From positions 1-29,467 of the forward strand of contig JAYEOW010000043.1 in assembly GCA_034723395.1 (NCBI GenBank): a DNA stretch of 29,467 bases, given 5' to 3'. A program made the position numbers and the translations under genes. The DNA is from Candidatus Margulisiibacteriota bacterium (GTDB lineage: Bacteria > Margulisbacteria > WOR-1 > O2-12-FULL-45-9). Under the pieces are notes generated by a model. It was not told where the DNA came from and searched no databases. It worked only from the letters and a program-made list of their open reading frames with translations. Positions 21,201-28,100 of this stretch are shown in pieces. Each line of letters begins with the position of its first letter. Position 1 is the stretch's first letter.

Positions 21201-23086
21201 ATAACACGACGGACGGCAAAATCTACGCTAAAAAAGTTTATACAGGAGCGCTGACCGGGGTTATAACTCAGCCTATCCTAAATCAAACCCTAACCGGCCT
21301 GGCTGAGATTCGTGGAACGGCGCTAGACACGAATTTCGAAAGCTATCAGCTTGAGTTCAGTCCAAACAGCATGCCCTATAGCTGGACAGAACTGGCTAAT
21401 TCAAACACCCCAGTCAGCAATGGAATTCTCGGGGTTTGGAATACGGCAGATGTTCAGGATGGAGAATATATCCTGCGGTTAACTGTTAATGATAAAGCGG
21501 GAAATAGTTTGCAGAATTCCGTTGTGGTGAATGCCGATAATGACAACTGGAAACTGACCATAACCGATCTAAAACAGTTAACTTCTGATGAAGCCTGGGA
21601 TATTGAGCCCGCCTGGTCGCCGGATGGAACCAAGCTTGCTTTCTCTTCAATCCGATCCGGTAACTATGAGATCTGGACAATGAATGCGAATGGGACCGGA
21701 TTGCAGAATATTACCAATAATTCAGCTTTAGATGTTAAACCATCCTGGTCGCCGGACGGAACTAAGGTTGCCTTTGTTTCAGACAGGTCAGGAAATAAAG
21801 ATATCTGGGTAGCAAACGCGGATGGCTCCGGAGTTCCGCTGCAATTAACTGTACTTACCATAGTAGATACAAATCCAACCTGGGCCCCTGATGGCTCAAA
21901 GATTGCCTTTGCCTCAGACCGGTCGGGTAACTTTGATATCTGGCTGGTTAATTCCGACGGGACCGGGACTCCGGCCAAACTTACTTCCGGCGAAGCCTTT
22001 GATAAAGAGCCAAGCTGGTCGCAATTTGGAATTGCCTTTACTTCGGACAGATCAGGCGATAAAGAAATCTGGATGATTGAAGATATCAATAACCCCAATC
22101 CATTCAGGTTGACCTATAATTCGGCTGAAGATAAAGAGCCTAGTTGGGCGCCAATTGCTATTCCGCTTTCTGATGGAACCAGCCGCCCGCTAATAACATT
22201 TACTTCCACCCGAAATGATAATCTCGATATCTGGGTGATGGATACAGACGGGATCGATCAGTCAAAGTCACTGACCGATTATACAAATGTTGATTGTAAT
22301 CCCGCCTGGTCGCCGGATGGGTCCAGAGTTGCCTATGCCTCTTATAAAGACGGCCAGTACGATATCTGGGTGATGAATTTTGGTATTAATGCCACGGTGT
22401 TGGGCGTCGCGCCGCAGCAATCCACCACCCTCGAAACCCCAACCCTTGTCTCGCCGGACGACGATTCAGATGTAACCTCCCTCCGCCCGACTTTTGAGTG
22501 GCAGCACAGAAAAGGAGACACCCAGGAATATACGATCGATCTGGCTAAGAACGATAGTTTTGCGATCGATCACCAAACCTTTACCAAGTCTCCCAATACC
22601 GGATCGGTCGATGAAAATGATCCGACCCTTTATCATTACACCTACTCGATTCATGAATTCGATCCGGGATTAGACAGGGATACGTATTACTGGAAAGTTA
22701 CCGCAACCTCAACCAGCGAATCAGCAACGTCCGAGGTCCGGTCATTCACCGTTGCGCCGCAACTGACCCTAACCGGCGTCACCAACTATCCAAACCCGTT
22801 CAACCCGAATAACCAATCGACCAGTATCCGCTATCGGTTGGGCGCGGACGCGGACAGCGTAAAGATCAGGATCTATGATATTACCGGCTCGCTGGTCAAG
22901 CAGATCGATAATTGCCCGACCGACGGCGAAGGATCAAGCGTATGGAGTAAATATCAGGACGTTGATTGGAACGGCCGTAACGGCCGCGGAGATTTGGTGA
23001 GGAACGGGATCTATCCTTTTGAGATTATTGCGCGATTGGGAGATAAGTCGGTCTCCGCGAGAGGCAAGGTAGCGGTGCTGAAATGA
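9212..23086 (+). CDS. Giant (4624 aa) secreted multidomain protein: signal peptide, M23 metallopeptidase, NHL propeller, FN3, FlgD/SPNGDG Ig domains, ~10 Big-like repeats, two PD40/TolB propellers, C-terminal T9SS type A/FlgD-like sorting domain
   Basis: HDGFD...YAHL...GNTGKSSGEHLHF (M23). VYVADTYNNR and DTGNHRIQKF (NHL). Repeated P.WSPDG.K (PD40). Ends NYPNPFNP...IRIYDITGSLVK...WNGRN...NGIY...GKVAVLK. Confidence 0.93.
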   Translation: MIKCFKVILILFVLFCSTSMAIAEFSVTRVKPIDYNPKIEKYGNYINHNYGEYRGGASYKYHDGFDYYARGDQVLPVSPGTAHVYPDLTKKVIKSTIPVNEFVAVENLFIDPTKTTLVFKPNITVASIESCSIVDGTKLILKQGLAGENEGWGHCVIVDHGTFQTRYAHLSRIDVSEGQWVDTSIVLGLSGNTGKSSGEHLHFSMGNNGATKNNLAPTNTENPILAGLKQPKYGKIEKVACPNGFDIRLLATGKDGTFGGSNGVILSDANETINIPKPGQPLKAVISAYHYTGRAYTTPYKIEFEVEKIRGANDFVKRKREIVFDSIANINKMTVPPYDFSRPYVTQSKRTEDYYSVKFTPTAGRYRITAKIYSCYRDGPGDTGFHLSDPLVAEREITVGLNGANLDWYDPAVSYAWLPDDIASRGIMLASVPTPVGAAGVTASDATATSIPEVFYAYANNNIITSNLIDVDQNLQQKALIEARSTPEADWLIEIRNKSGGPPDRISVPKCGWLKQEWGAGKSAGEYTITVTASNSAGITTYESYDTITIDNTKPSALVYTVTNSVSTAEQTISTRIRPSENLRSMLVNVVKDGDYNSLVEERIYSTPFAEKDKEEAVDWEDAIAYPDGFYRLQYVMTDVAGNIAKAYSPIVSVDKSGDYTAPSTTIEVSEPALPELPKWEERPKVSDVAFDDSGNEYVLYGRYDKLIKYNSAGTMIASVESLRNPLGLAVSPSGDRVYVADTYNNRMLIYDGKLQPIKEIKGKDVYVIYGDVDSYSWGLGGMNHSGDAGGGEHSYWGEQFGLPEDIAILGNNVYVADKEKHRVLKYDQNGKCEVFSKLKADLKNEARNAYNQNNVISGRTVDRALFYSNSLNDHIYFDKGSVDKSSYDRGWIKEMYGHDNPPGAGDSQLFLPESVIVDNYSYIYILDTGNHRIQKFSPDGSFISKFGSEGSGPGQFKSPQGIFIDEDNHIWVADTGNRRIQEFKNDGTFLKSWGNAELLSKPLKLVVRKVGKNKAVYVADGDKDEVQIFGASPPTDFSLTETGEQFVSGRTFTISWATSEADWYGLKKYEVYGRTIYEGMDESSEESWVYLKKNISPSENSVEITLPYDGIYDVKVKAVDNNGNWRDSDGGSSSGDSRDSSRILRATIDAIPPLGFTLEDPPDGYLIDGKDVRIAWSEAQDENLDYYELVVGIDIDDIHESAIYSATFEAAATREVWLKDLPIGKYYIFMATFDKAGHYCQVNGTTDVAGYSWPDLASNWAGKWPSFEIDPIPPWAFSISNIYDGQYFDDRDVKIEWNEAYDTNLDHYEVYIGTEQNNIMGSAVFTASIEASASRECWANLPGGTYWIYMRACDDLGNYRGLDGKTNSSKHDLDRTDNLVWFEIDHEPPDIAYDPTVAPPATNPHFSPNNDGKKDSTIINYYVGDDSYWKVNYLRMDEVLIDIEGEIIKDGEVVRSWTSRSPPGWNEFIWDGGSPLPLGEGAGVRAPDGTYTIKITAADKALNTAADESLTVAVDTTPPEINNIVNSGIFSPNGDGEFDIDTLSFELSDNLAEELATTIDVLNPANVVIRSVEEPRRLVAGSDSMSVVWDGKVGEVVPDGDYTYLITTTDQAGNQTINDSASVTVDTTPPAFSDVSTSPKREVAFTEDSGALDINFTVSETANVRMGIYDSNYSMIRDYLISAETGIANTISWDGRDSFGSLAPDNTYITYAFSATDRVANSSGYASTDIVRVKTPVTGMAGNIIYSPDGAVKIIIPAGAVAEGTELYLDIFDTPPETYTVNEKDNITLTYKLYPEDLELNKQATMVIHYDESVLNFEHQPVELWRRGSAWTKLYGNTHSDTFTAYIEKSGEFALFADLTPPAPPVIGQPASPTKEESIIIAGTAEPYSKVDLWINGLKRSPPVNAGVDGNFSAGIVLSEGQNSIYGQATDQTGNVSSDSGIINVELDTTPPDITLISPQTIYISPNGDGINDEVAISADTDGVSIVISVRDSLGAVLASSNSDTLTWEDPSVGEGTYIYVVKAFDALGNEARKQGEIIVDRTLPEAYLEASPITSIISGNLALSGIAEDSNFERYILEYGAGGTPSSWTEIKQGFVSINYQKFDDFDTTILADGIYTFRLRVYDKAGNSNSSLLSKRAINSELYGEISSPVLNQVITGTAEVHGNITGTYFAEYRVEYGVGASPASWITIVRSTTLPATSLLAAWDTSRVPDGNYTLRLNVINIGGRSTYNTIPVVVDNGNPGVSITVPTSNAILGGNIEVGAEISDPNFSYYQVEYASSDDPNNWQIIQDQTYTISTPLATWETTGLNGDYIIKVTVVDVVDNSSFGTVIITVDNTTPEAAITQPTAGQILNNTVQISGAANDRHFSDYKLEYGFGANPASWTEITTSTIQVAAGELGSWDTSTLGTDGIYTIKLTVTDQAGNSSTSPVSLTIDNTNPTASIAFPTNNLVIADTVNILGTAIDEAHFKEFKVEYGEGENPSSWTQIGNIHSSSVFGSTLEAWDTTAVTDGTYTLKLTVADLPGNSSLDQAPVIVDNTPPTVSISNPSSGDILAGAINIAGTVSDDNLDSILLEYREASSPESWQAIAAINPSNIVNDTIYDWSASSLNGDYIVRVTATDKTGKTTSDEAGIRLDNIDPVINITAPTNESINTGVVDFTGEISDLNLDQYTIKYGYGIEPTRWFSLASDTASKTGTIYSWDTPNVKDGYYTIKVDAADKAGNSSNREFVITIDNAPAVAKIHEPTANQVVKGTVAVSGIACDADFTTYNFKKYEISVGAGLVPVQWTTIESLVVPKINETLANWNTAPLADGTYTLRLRAEDISGITEDTKTIVIDNTLPTASISSPSQGQTVNGSIEITGTASDTNIAEYKVYYKQSSSSTWTEIGSGTSPLVASTLAAWDTTNVGDGSYSIKLLVKDQAGSESEITRDVTVNNDLAIVNDSASPAIISPNGDGVDDVAEIGYTLSENSPVTVKIYKKPQYDKFKWEAKGFGTYYPWQDFSYTINASGTNHPNQYFDYTLSASGTEYPPQVFDWKVNGYGVETYYTYSPKTSPTAYAYADDDKGVGESSTFYLNHDQTPGRFYFKAIADGNSGWDDARKYWVYRQNGSAWEEVYYHPTYCAGEWSYIGNASIADNGRSPESTFYLSQTKSLPFYVGTDNNCKTSEIWIYRKEGASWITFHHELNPAANKWFWKSLTGGYLYKIKLRVEPKSGTYTSGGFYVDNFTWSAGTYKLKVWLDVGMWDSCHVYMWMDYKQKNTLYSNVSDSDSGKATVDRNNNIVSGSGSDAYGITLSPQHPGGAISGHEIGRGYGNYYHDYAANPYVSTSISNTTFSGNTCSGTINASYNYPGHLWSSSVNPNNKSCRSGPGSPVNYSESINSLIAVDPDVPSPNFALSGNTNSRVSLHFSNDGASVVGSTSYAPSWSGSDNDPDSCNALQGTITVSESMSNKFGAPNAYPDYREYSSFSVSDNNPNVSVWFNNSGTTSTSDPSDYLRASTTYSESWDTSDDPAIGSAGWIKSVEISAPFNYDESSQSFSTEYTPPSDVVLSSWTVNLKNPDGGASADVALDGTPTAAGDFNVKISDSLLVKTLQYNASTSPGNQTIEWDGKNNSGAYVDDGEYIYYIYAGPNIVKKSGVIKVERSSEISSTSLSEEYISPNSDGIKDSTAISYTLSENATVNIEVSDSDGTVVKSFSASGNQGANSSSWDGRDNGGTVVEDGEYLVKINATNGNGALRTKELAVTKDNNSLTAGDVPAEQLTSSGNDPVYSPDKSKIAYVKDISGKKQIHTMNLLTTNNLQLTTDGNNLQPAWSPDGTKLTCTSDRSGNNDIWIMDADGGNQRQITSDNDSETSPAFSPDGQRIAYASNRTGELGINKWNIWTVDLDGTNPAQITADENTAKDDYPSFSPDGKKIAFASDQSGNFDVWSVNLDGSSKAQITSSSETETMPAWAPDALKIVYARDNDIYLRELSGGSEVNIGSGENPAWSRDGTEVVYNTTDGKIYAKKVYTGALTGVITQPILNQTLTGLAEIRGTALDTNFESYQLEFSPNSMPYSWTELANSNTPVSNGILGVWNTADVQDGEYILRLTVNDKAGNSLQNSVVVNADNDNWKLTITDLKQLTSDEAWDIEPAWSPDGTKLAFSSIRSGNYEIWTMNANGTGLQNITNNSALDVKPSWSPDGTKVAFVSDRSGNKDIWVANADGSGVPLQLTVLTIVDTNPTWAPDGSKIAFASDRSGNFDIWLVNSDGTGTPAKLTSGEAFDKEPSWSQFGIAFTSDRSGDKEIWMIEDINNPNPFRLTYNSAEDKEPSWAPIAIPLSDGTSRPLITFTSTRNDNLDIWVMDTDGIDQSKSLTDYTNVDCNPAWSPDGSRVAYASYKDGQYDIWVMNFGINATVLGVAPQQSTTLETPTLVSPDDDSDVTSLRPTFEWQHRKGDTQEYTIDLAKNDSFAIDHQTFTKSPNTGSVDENDPTLYHYTYSIHEFDPGLDRDTYYWKVTATSTSESATSEVRSFTVAPQLTLTGVTNYPNPFNPNNQSTSIRYRLGADADSVKIRIYDITGSLVKQIDNCPTDGEGSSVWSKYQDVDWNGRNGRGDLVRNGIYPFEIIARLGDKSVSARGKVAVLK
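13635..13671 (+). repeat. REP-like palindrome inserted in frame (SPLPLGEGAGVRA)
   Basis: Hairpin CCCCTCTCCC-CCT-GGGAGAGGGG followed by GGGGTGAGGGC; same family as 29188-29295. Confidence 0.8.
20593..20626 (+). repeat. Heptamer tandem repeat (ACTTACA/ACTAACA) inside the CDS
   Basis: acttaca actaaca acttaca actaaca actgac, within LLTTNNLQLTTD. Confidence 0.75.
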
Positions 23087-24060
23087 GAAATAAAATCCTA
23101 ATGACCAAATCCCAAATCCCAACAATGTATGTCCTGCGGGCATTTATTATAATAATTATTTCATTGTTTGGATTTTTGATTTTTGATTTTGGATTTAATA
23201 TAGCGTACGCTCAAGCTCAGGGAGGACAAGACATCGCCGTCCTTAAGGCCGGCGTAGGCGCCCGTCCCTTAGGAATGGGCGGCGCATTCACCGCCGTAGC
23301 TGACACCGCCGATGCTCCATGCTGGAATCCGGGCGGCCTTGGTTTTGTTGACGATAACGAGATTACGTCAATGCAAACTAAGCTTTCAACCGACGCCGAT
23401 CATTATTACGTTAGTTATGTACGGCCTGCATTTGGCGGAACGCTTGGAATATCGTGGATCCAGGTTGGCTTGGGAACTATAACCGAAACATCTTCAGAAG
23501 TAGATGAACACAATGAAGTAATCGACCTGAGTACTTTTAGCTATTTTTCAAACGCGTATATGCTCTCATACGGTAAAAAGGTAAGTGAAAAACTATCTCT
23601 CGGATTAACCGCGCAATATTTGACTTCGGATATGACAAGTATCGACGGCGGACAGGCTTCTGGTTATAGCATAACACCAGGACTGCTTTTGAGGACAGGA
23701 AAAGGGTGGAACATCGGATTAAAAGTTGAAGGGGTTATCAATTCCTTGCAGTGGGGGACGGGGACGGTTGAGCAGGCGCCTGCCAAATTATGCTTAGGGT
23801 TTGCATACCAGAAGTCGAACCCTGGATTATTCGCGATCGATATTTCGCAAACAATGAAGTCCGGTTATGTTCCTGAAGCTTCGGTTGGCTACGAATGGAA
23901 TAAAGATAGTTTGTCTCTTCGGCTCGGATATGTCGAAAGCGGTTTAACTGCCGGAGCTGGATTTGTTTCAGGGAATGCCAGAGTCGATTACGCTTATATC
24001 ACCCAGAGGAATCTTACGACCTCTAATGTGCATAGGATTTCATTGACTGGGATTTGGTAA
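23083..24060 (+). CDS. porV: PorV/UPF0164-family outer-membrane beta-barrel (T9SS shuttle-like)
   Basis: Signature GVGARPLGMGGAFTAVAD...WNPGGL, plus LRLGY, VDYAY and terminal HRISLTGIW. ATGA overlap with the giant gene. Confidence 0.85.
   Translation: MRNKILMTKSQIPTMYVLRAFIIIIISLFGFLIFDFGFNIAYAQAQGGQDIAVLKAGVGARPLGMGGAFTAVADTADAPCWNPGGLGFVDDNEITSMQTKLSTDADHYYVSYVRPAFGGTLGISWIQVGLGTITETSSEVDEHNEVIDLSTFSYFSNAYMLSYGKKVSEKLSLGLTAQYLTSDMTSIDGGQASGYSITPGLLLRTGKGWNIGLKVEGVINSLQWGTGTVEQAPAKLCLGFAYQKSNPGLFAIDISQTMKSGYVPEASVGYEWNKDSLSLRLGYVESGLTAGAGFVSGNARVDYAYITQRNLTTSNVHRISLTGIW
23093..23196 (+). repeat. Inverted heptamer arrays (AAATCCC-type then TTGGATT/TTTGATT-type) in the porV signal-peptide region
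   Basis: aaatcct aatgacc aaatccc aaatccc ... ttggatt tttgatt tttgatt ttggatt. Confidence 0.65.
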
Positions 24061-24072
24061 GAAAGGGAAACA

Positions 24073-24220
24073 ACCCCTTCTTTCTCTCCCCCTTATAAAG
24101 GGGGAGATATCCGAAAAGTGTAGTGCAGGTCTTTAGACCTGTTATGAGACATCGACAAGTTTACTTTCTTCCCCTTAATAAGGGGAAGATGTCCCGACGA
24201 AAAGTCGGGGCAGAAGGGGT
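24073..24220. repeat. Intergenic cluster of REP-like hairpins bounded by the inverted repeat ACCCCTTCT/AGAAGGGGT; may also terminate transcription
   Basis: Stems at 24085-24107, 24126-24141 (preceded by GTAG), 24167-24189 and 24193-24209. Confidence 0.75.
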
Positions 24221-24233
24221 GGTAATAATAAGC

Positions 24234-24262
24234 TTGCAGACATTTCCCCTTCGATATATAAT
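24234..24262 (+). promoter_or_regulatory. Sigma70 promoter TTGCAG-N17-TATAAT
   Basis: Near-consensus; the GTG start begins 10 nt after the -10 with no SD. Confidence 0.65.
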
Positions 24263-24271
24263 TCCCCCAGA

Positions 24272-25147
24272 GTGAAAAGGTTAGTTGTATTACTTACATT
24301 ATTGCTAGTTTCCTCAGCCGCCTTCGCCGCTTCAGGCGCGAGCTATAAGATAAGCCCCGAAGGGCTGTTGCCAACGGCCGGAACTTCAGAAGGGACAACC
24401 TATTCTGTTCAGCATGCGTCCGGCGATGTGTCAGGAATAACTTCCAGCGCTGCTTACTCGTCTAACGCCGGCTTTATCGCCTCATCCGTAACTTACGCAA
24501 CCTCAGAGGCCGGAGTGCCCAGGATCGAGAACCTGCTCTTCGATGGCCGTGCGATTGTTGCTGACGATTACGTTAACAGGGACGTAACTATCACTGCCAC
24601 CGTTACCGATGATGCCGGTTCCATTGATACCGCCGCCAGCTCGGTCGAAATCGACTCTGCCGTGATCGCATTTGACGCATTGAATGGAAACTCAACCTAC
24701 GATGCAGTAACCGCCCAGCTAACCTATTCACCCGCGACTCCATTTGCTAACGGTACCCATACTTTTACGATCGTTGCCCGTAACGATGCCGGGAATTCTT
24801 CTTCGGGCACAATAACTTTTACCGTTAATAATAACGGCATCGCCCTGGTCGACGGCACCGTATTTAATTTCCCCAATCCTTACGATCCAGGGACCGGCAA
24901 TACCGAGATCGGTTACCGCCTGAATAAAGATGCAAATATAACGGTCTATCTTTTTAACAGTCTCGGCCAGCGGGTCTGGAAGAGAGAATATGCGGCAGGG
25001 AGCGAAGGGGGCCACGCCGGCTATAATTTTATCCTTTGGGACGGTAAATCAGATTTTGGCGATATGGTTGGTAACGGGATCTACTTTATCAGGGTTGTTG
25101 CTGGCGGTTCGATAGTCGGGAAAGGCAAACTGGCGGTAATTAAGTAG
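24272..25147 (+). CDS. Secreted Ig-like protein with C-terminal T9SS type A/FlgD-like sorting domain
   Basis: Signal peptide MKRLVVLLTLLLVSSAAFA; ends NFPNPYDP...IGYRL...WDGK...GNGIYF...GKLAVIK. Confidence 0.9.
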   Translation: MKRLVVLLTLLLVSSAAFAASGASYKISPEGLLPTAGTSEGTTYSVQHASGDVSGITSSAAYSSNAGFIASSVTYATSEAGVPRIENLLFDGRAIVADDYVNRDVTITATVTDDAGSIDTAASSVEIDSAVIAFDALNGNSTYDAVTAQLTYSPATPFANGTHTFTIVARNDAGNSSSGTITFTVNNNGIALVDGTVFNFPNPYDPGTGNTEIGYRLNKDANITVYLFNSLGQRVWKREYAAGSEGGHAGYNFILWDGKSDFGDMVGNGIYFIRVVAGGSIVGKGKLAVIK

Positions 25148-25148
25148 G

Positions 25149-28100
25149 CTAGAAGTTCAATGTCCCGTCAAATGTTACCATCTGCGCGTGCAGGTCATCT
25201 TTATCTCCGCCCGGGAGCCGATTGTCAAAGCTTACCGTCTTATATGCCAGATTAAAAACGATTGCCGAGATGACTGGGTTGTCCTGCGGTACGGTAAATT
25301 CAATATTGATTGTCCGCGTCTTCTTTATATAGTCGATGTCGGGGGCCATCCCACCTGCCAGCACCTCTCCGCCATTATACTCTTCGTCCTGGATTACCGT
25401 TACCTTTCCCCAATCAAGAACCTTATAACCCGCATCTATTCCGAGATTCGCTTTGTGGCGCGGAGATACAGTGGGGATCGAAGTTATTTTAAGGTCGTAG
25501 TTGGCCGATGCGGAAAATGGACTTTCGGGAGTATAGTCAATCCCGATTCCAGTGGTCTGCGCAGTTGCTTGAAGCGGCGAATCGATCGTGCTAGTAAATT
25601 GGTAATTGGTCTTACTAAATACTGGAGTAATCGAAATAACCGGGGCAGGGGACAAAGTTAAACTATAATTTTGGCTAAAACTATCGGTGGTAGTAGTAAC
25701 TGCTTCAATACTCCCTGAAGGAGCAGTTTCAACCCGGTAATATTTGCCAAAACTTGTGTCAAGGCTTGCTTTTTCAAAGGTAAAAACATTCCAGCTTCCT
25801 GAATAATTATCTGAGTTACCGCTGCTCTCTCTTCCCGTATCATGGATGATCATATCTTCGGTGTGTACCCATCCGGTGGAAAGATAATCCAGTGGGGAGA
25901 GTTCGACCTTGGTGGTCCCGGTTTCGCTCATCGGATTTTTGCCTTCTACGATAACTGTCGGTTTTTCCGAGCGGGTAAGGTCGTAGCTTAACGCGAGTAT
26001 ATTTATCGGGACCAGATCGGTGTGGTAGGTAACATTCTTGCTGACTTCGTTCCCTTCGGTAGTTGAGAAATAATTAAATGTTTTATGCTCTAACAATTTT
26101 GCGTAGGCAATCCATTTTTCCAGGGTGCCGTGAGTCAGGTCGAGGGCAAGGTTATATCCAAGGTCTTTAGTCGTGCTTTTGCTGGTTAGCGCTTCCTGGC
26201 TGGTCCGGTATCCGGATATCGTGTAAGGTTCGTTGAACTGCCAGTCGAGCCCGCCCTTTATTCTTTTAGTTAATCCTACTCCCTGGGTAAGATGAAAATA
26301 TTTGTTTCTGGAAAAGGTGTTGGCCAGAAAATCGCGGCCGTCAGTCAAGCTGCCATTGTAAGAATGGACATAGGATATCGGGCCAAAATTTAATCCGGCC
26401 GGATTAAAACTCCCATTGTATTCATTTGTTTCAGAATGCGCGCTGTACGATCCTCCGGTGGTTAAGGGATCCCCCTTATTTTCAACGTTCCGCAATCCCA
26501 TACTAATCCCCGCCCATCCGAAAGGATTGAATCCCATGTTGTAAGAGCGGTCAAAACTCCGGTTAAACGATTCGCGGCTTCCGCTGACCGGCGAATTATT
26601 TTCGATGTAGGCAAAACCCATTGTAAGATCGTGAAGATTGGCGCGTGTATAGTTGGCTGATAAATCGCGGCGGCTGGTCCCGGGGCCGATCGCAGTGCCG
26701 CCGAGCGGGGTAAAGTCAAGCCCGATCGCCCTTTCACTATATTTCATCGTCAAGTCGCCCAAGTTGGTTTCAAGCCCGTATTTATAGGCTATATCGACCG
26801 TTTCTCCGACCCGGGCAATCCCTCCCGGATCGGGATAATCGTATTCCACTACTACCGCGTCCGGAGTTCCCAGCGTTATGTAGAAAAAATTGATCGTTCC
26901 TGTCTCATAATCGATAATATAATCGATATCGCGGTTGCGCAGGTAGTTATTTACATAAACTTTTTCGGTCCCGTCAATAATTGCCGGGGTGTTATGTTTG
27001 ATTACACTGACCGTGTGGGTCGGAGGGATAAAACTTACCGCCTCGATTGTGTGTTCGGACACGGTTACGTTATCGGTCTTACTGGTGGCAAAGTTGCCGG
27101 TAAATTTAAGGATATCGCCGAGCTCATATTCGGCATCAAAGCCGGTGATATCCTGTTTAATATTGTTTCCGATCGGTCCTGCCGGCGGGATGTACTGGAA
27201 GTGGGCCGAATAACTTTTTTCCGGGCCCAGCTCTCTATTAAATGTAATGTATGGGGTATCTTTATAATAATTGATCGAATAACCGAGATCACCCGCGTCC
27301 ATTTCAAAAGAGCTGTTGCGGGTATAGACTGTTGTATCGGCCGATCCGGTATCCCAGACCTCGACATTTTCGCTTCCCGGGACCAGGTTGCGATAACCGC
27401 GGATGTAATACGGACCACGTCCCCCGTTCCCTGTCCCGGTGTGCCGGCTGATAATGCTTCTGCGATAGGTATAATTTACGGAAACTTCCTGGGTCGCCTC
27501 GATCGTAGCCAATAATTTAATAGTTCCGGTATAATACCCGTCAGTAAGGTCATTGCGATCGTTAATATAAGCGAGCCTTGCGTTTGGGGTAACCTTTGTG
27601 TAGCCGGTCACCGGGTCGGCTTCGGTCGAAGGGACGGTGTAATCAACTTCCGGGGTTAGAATTCTCCCGCCAACCGATATATTAATTGATCCTCCTTCTT
27701 CGGTCGGGAGGATCGGGTAGCGGGAGAGATAGATTGTATTATTGTTTGCGATAATATCTGCTGCATTCAAGCTCTCGGAGTTGGTGGCGCTAGCTGCCCC
27801 CAGGCCGCTTTTGGCCGACTCTCTTAAATAGGTCATGCCTACGGTTAGTTCCTGTTTTAATCCGCCAGGAGCTTTTTTGTAGGGAGATATTTTTACTATA
27901 TATACGTAATCAACCTTGATTGCGGCCGTTTTGGGAACTTCATAGTTGAAGATCAATCTCCCGTTTTCATAATCGATATGATAGTCGAGGTCTGGAGTAA
28001 CCGGGTGGTCGTTAATAAATACCTGTTCACTGCAGGGAATAATATCGCTATTATATAGTGTGTAAGGCCCGCGCCCGCTGATGGCGGGTAAAACCTCTTG

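Noticed and set aside
20490..22380. A true tolB gene
   Set aside because: The PD40 repeats are internal domains of the giant protein, with no TolB N-domain or tol-pal context.
125..27515. The many 60-173 aa alternative-frame and antisense ORFs in the track
   Set aside because: They overlap well-supported long CDSs and have no recognisable motifs; treated as shadow ORFs.
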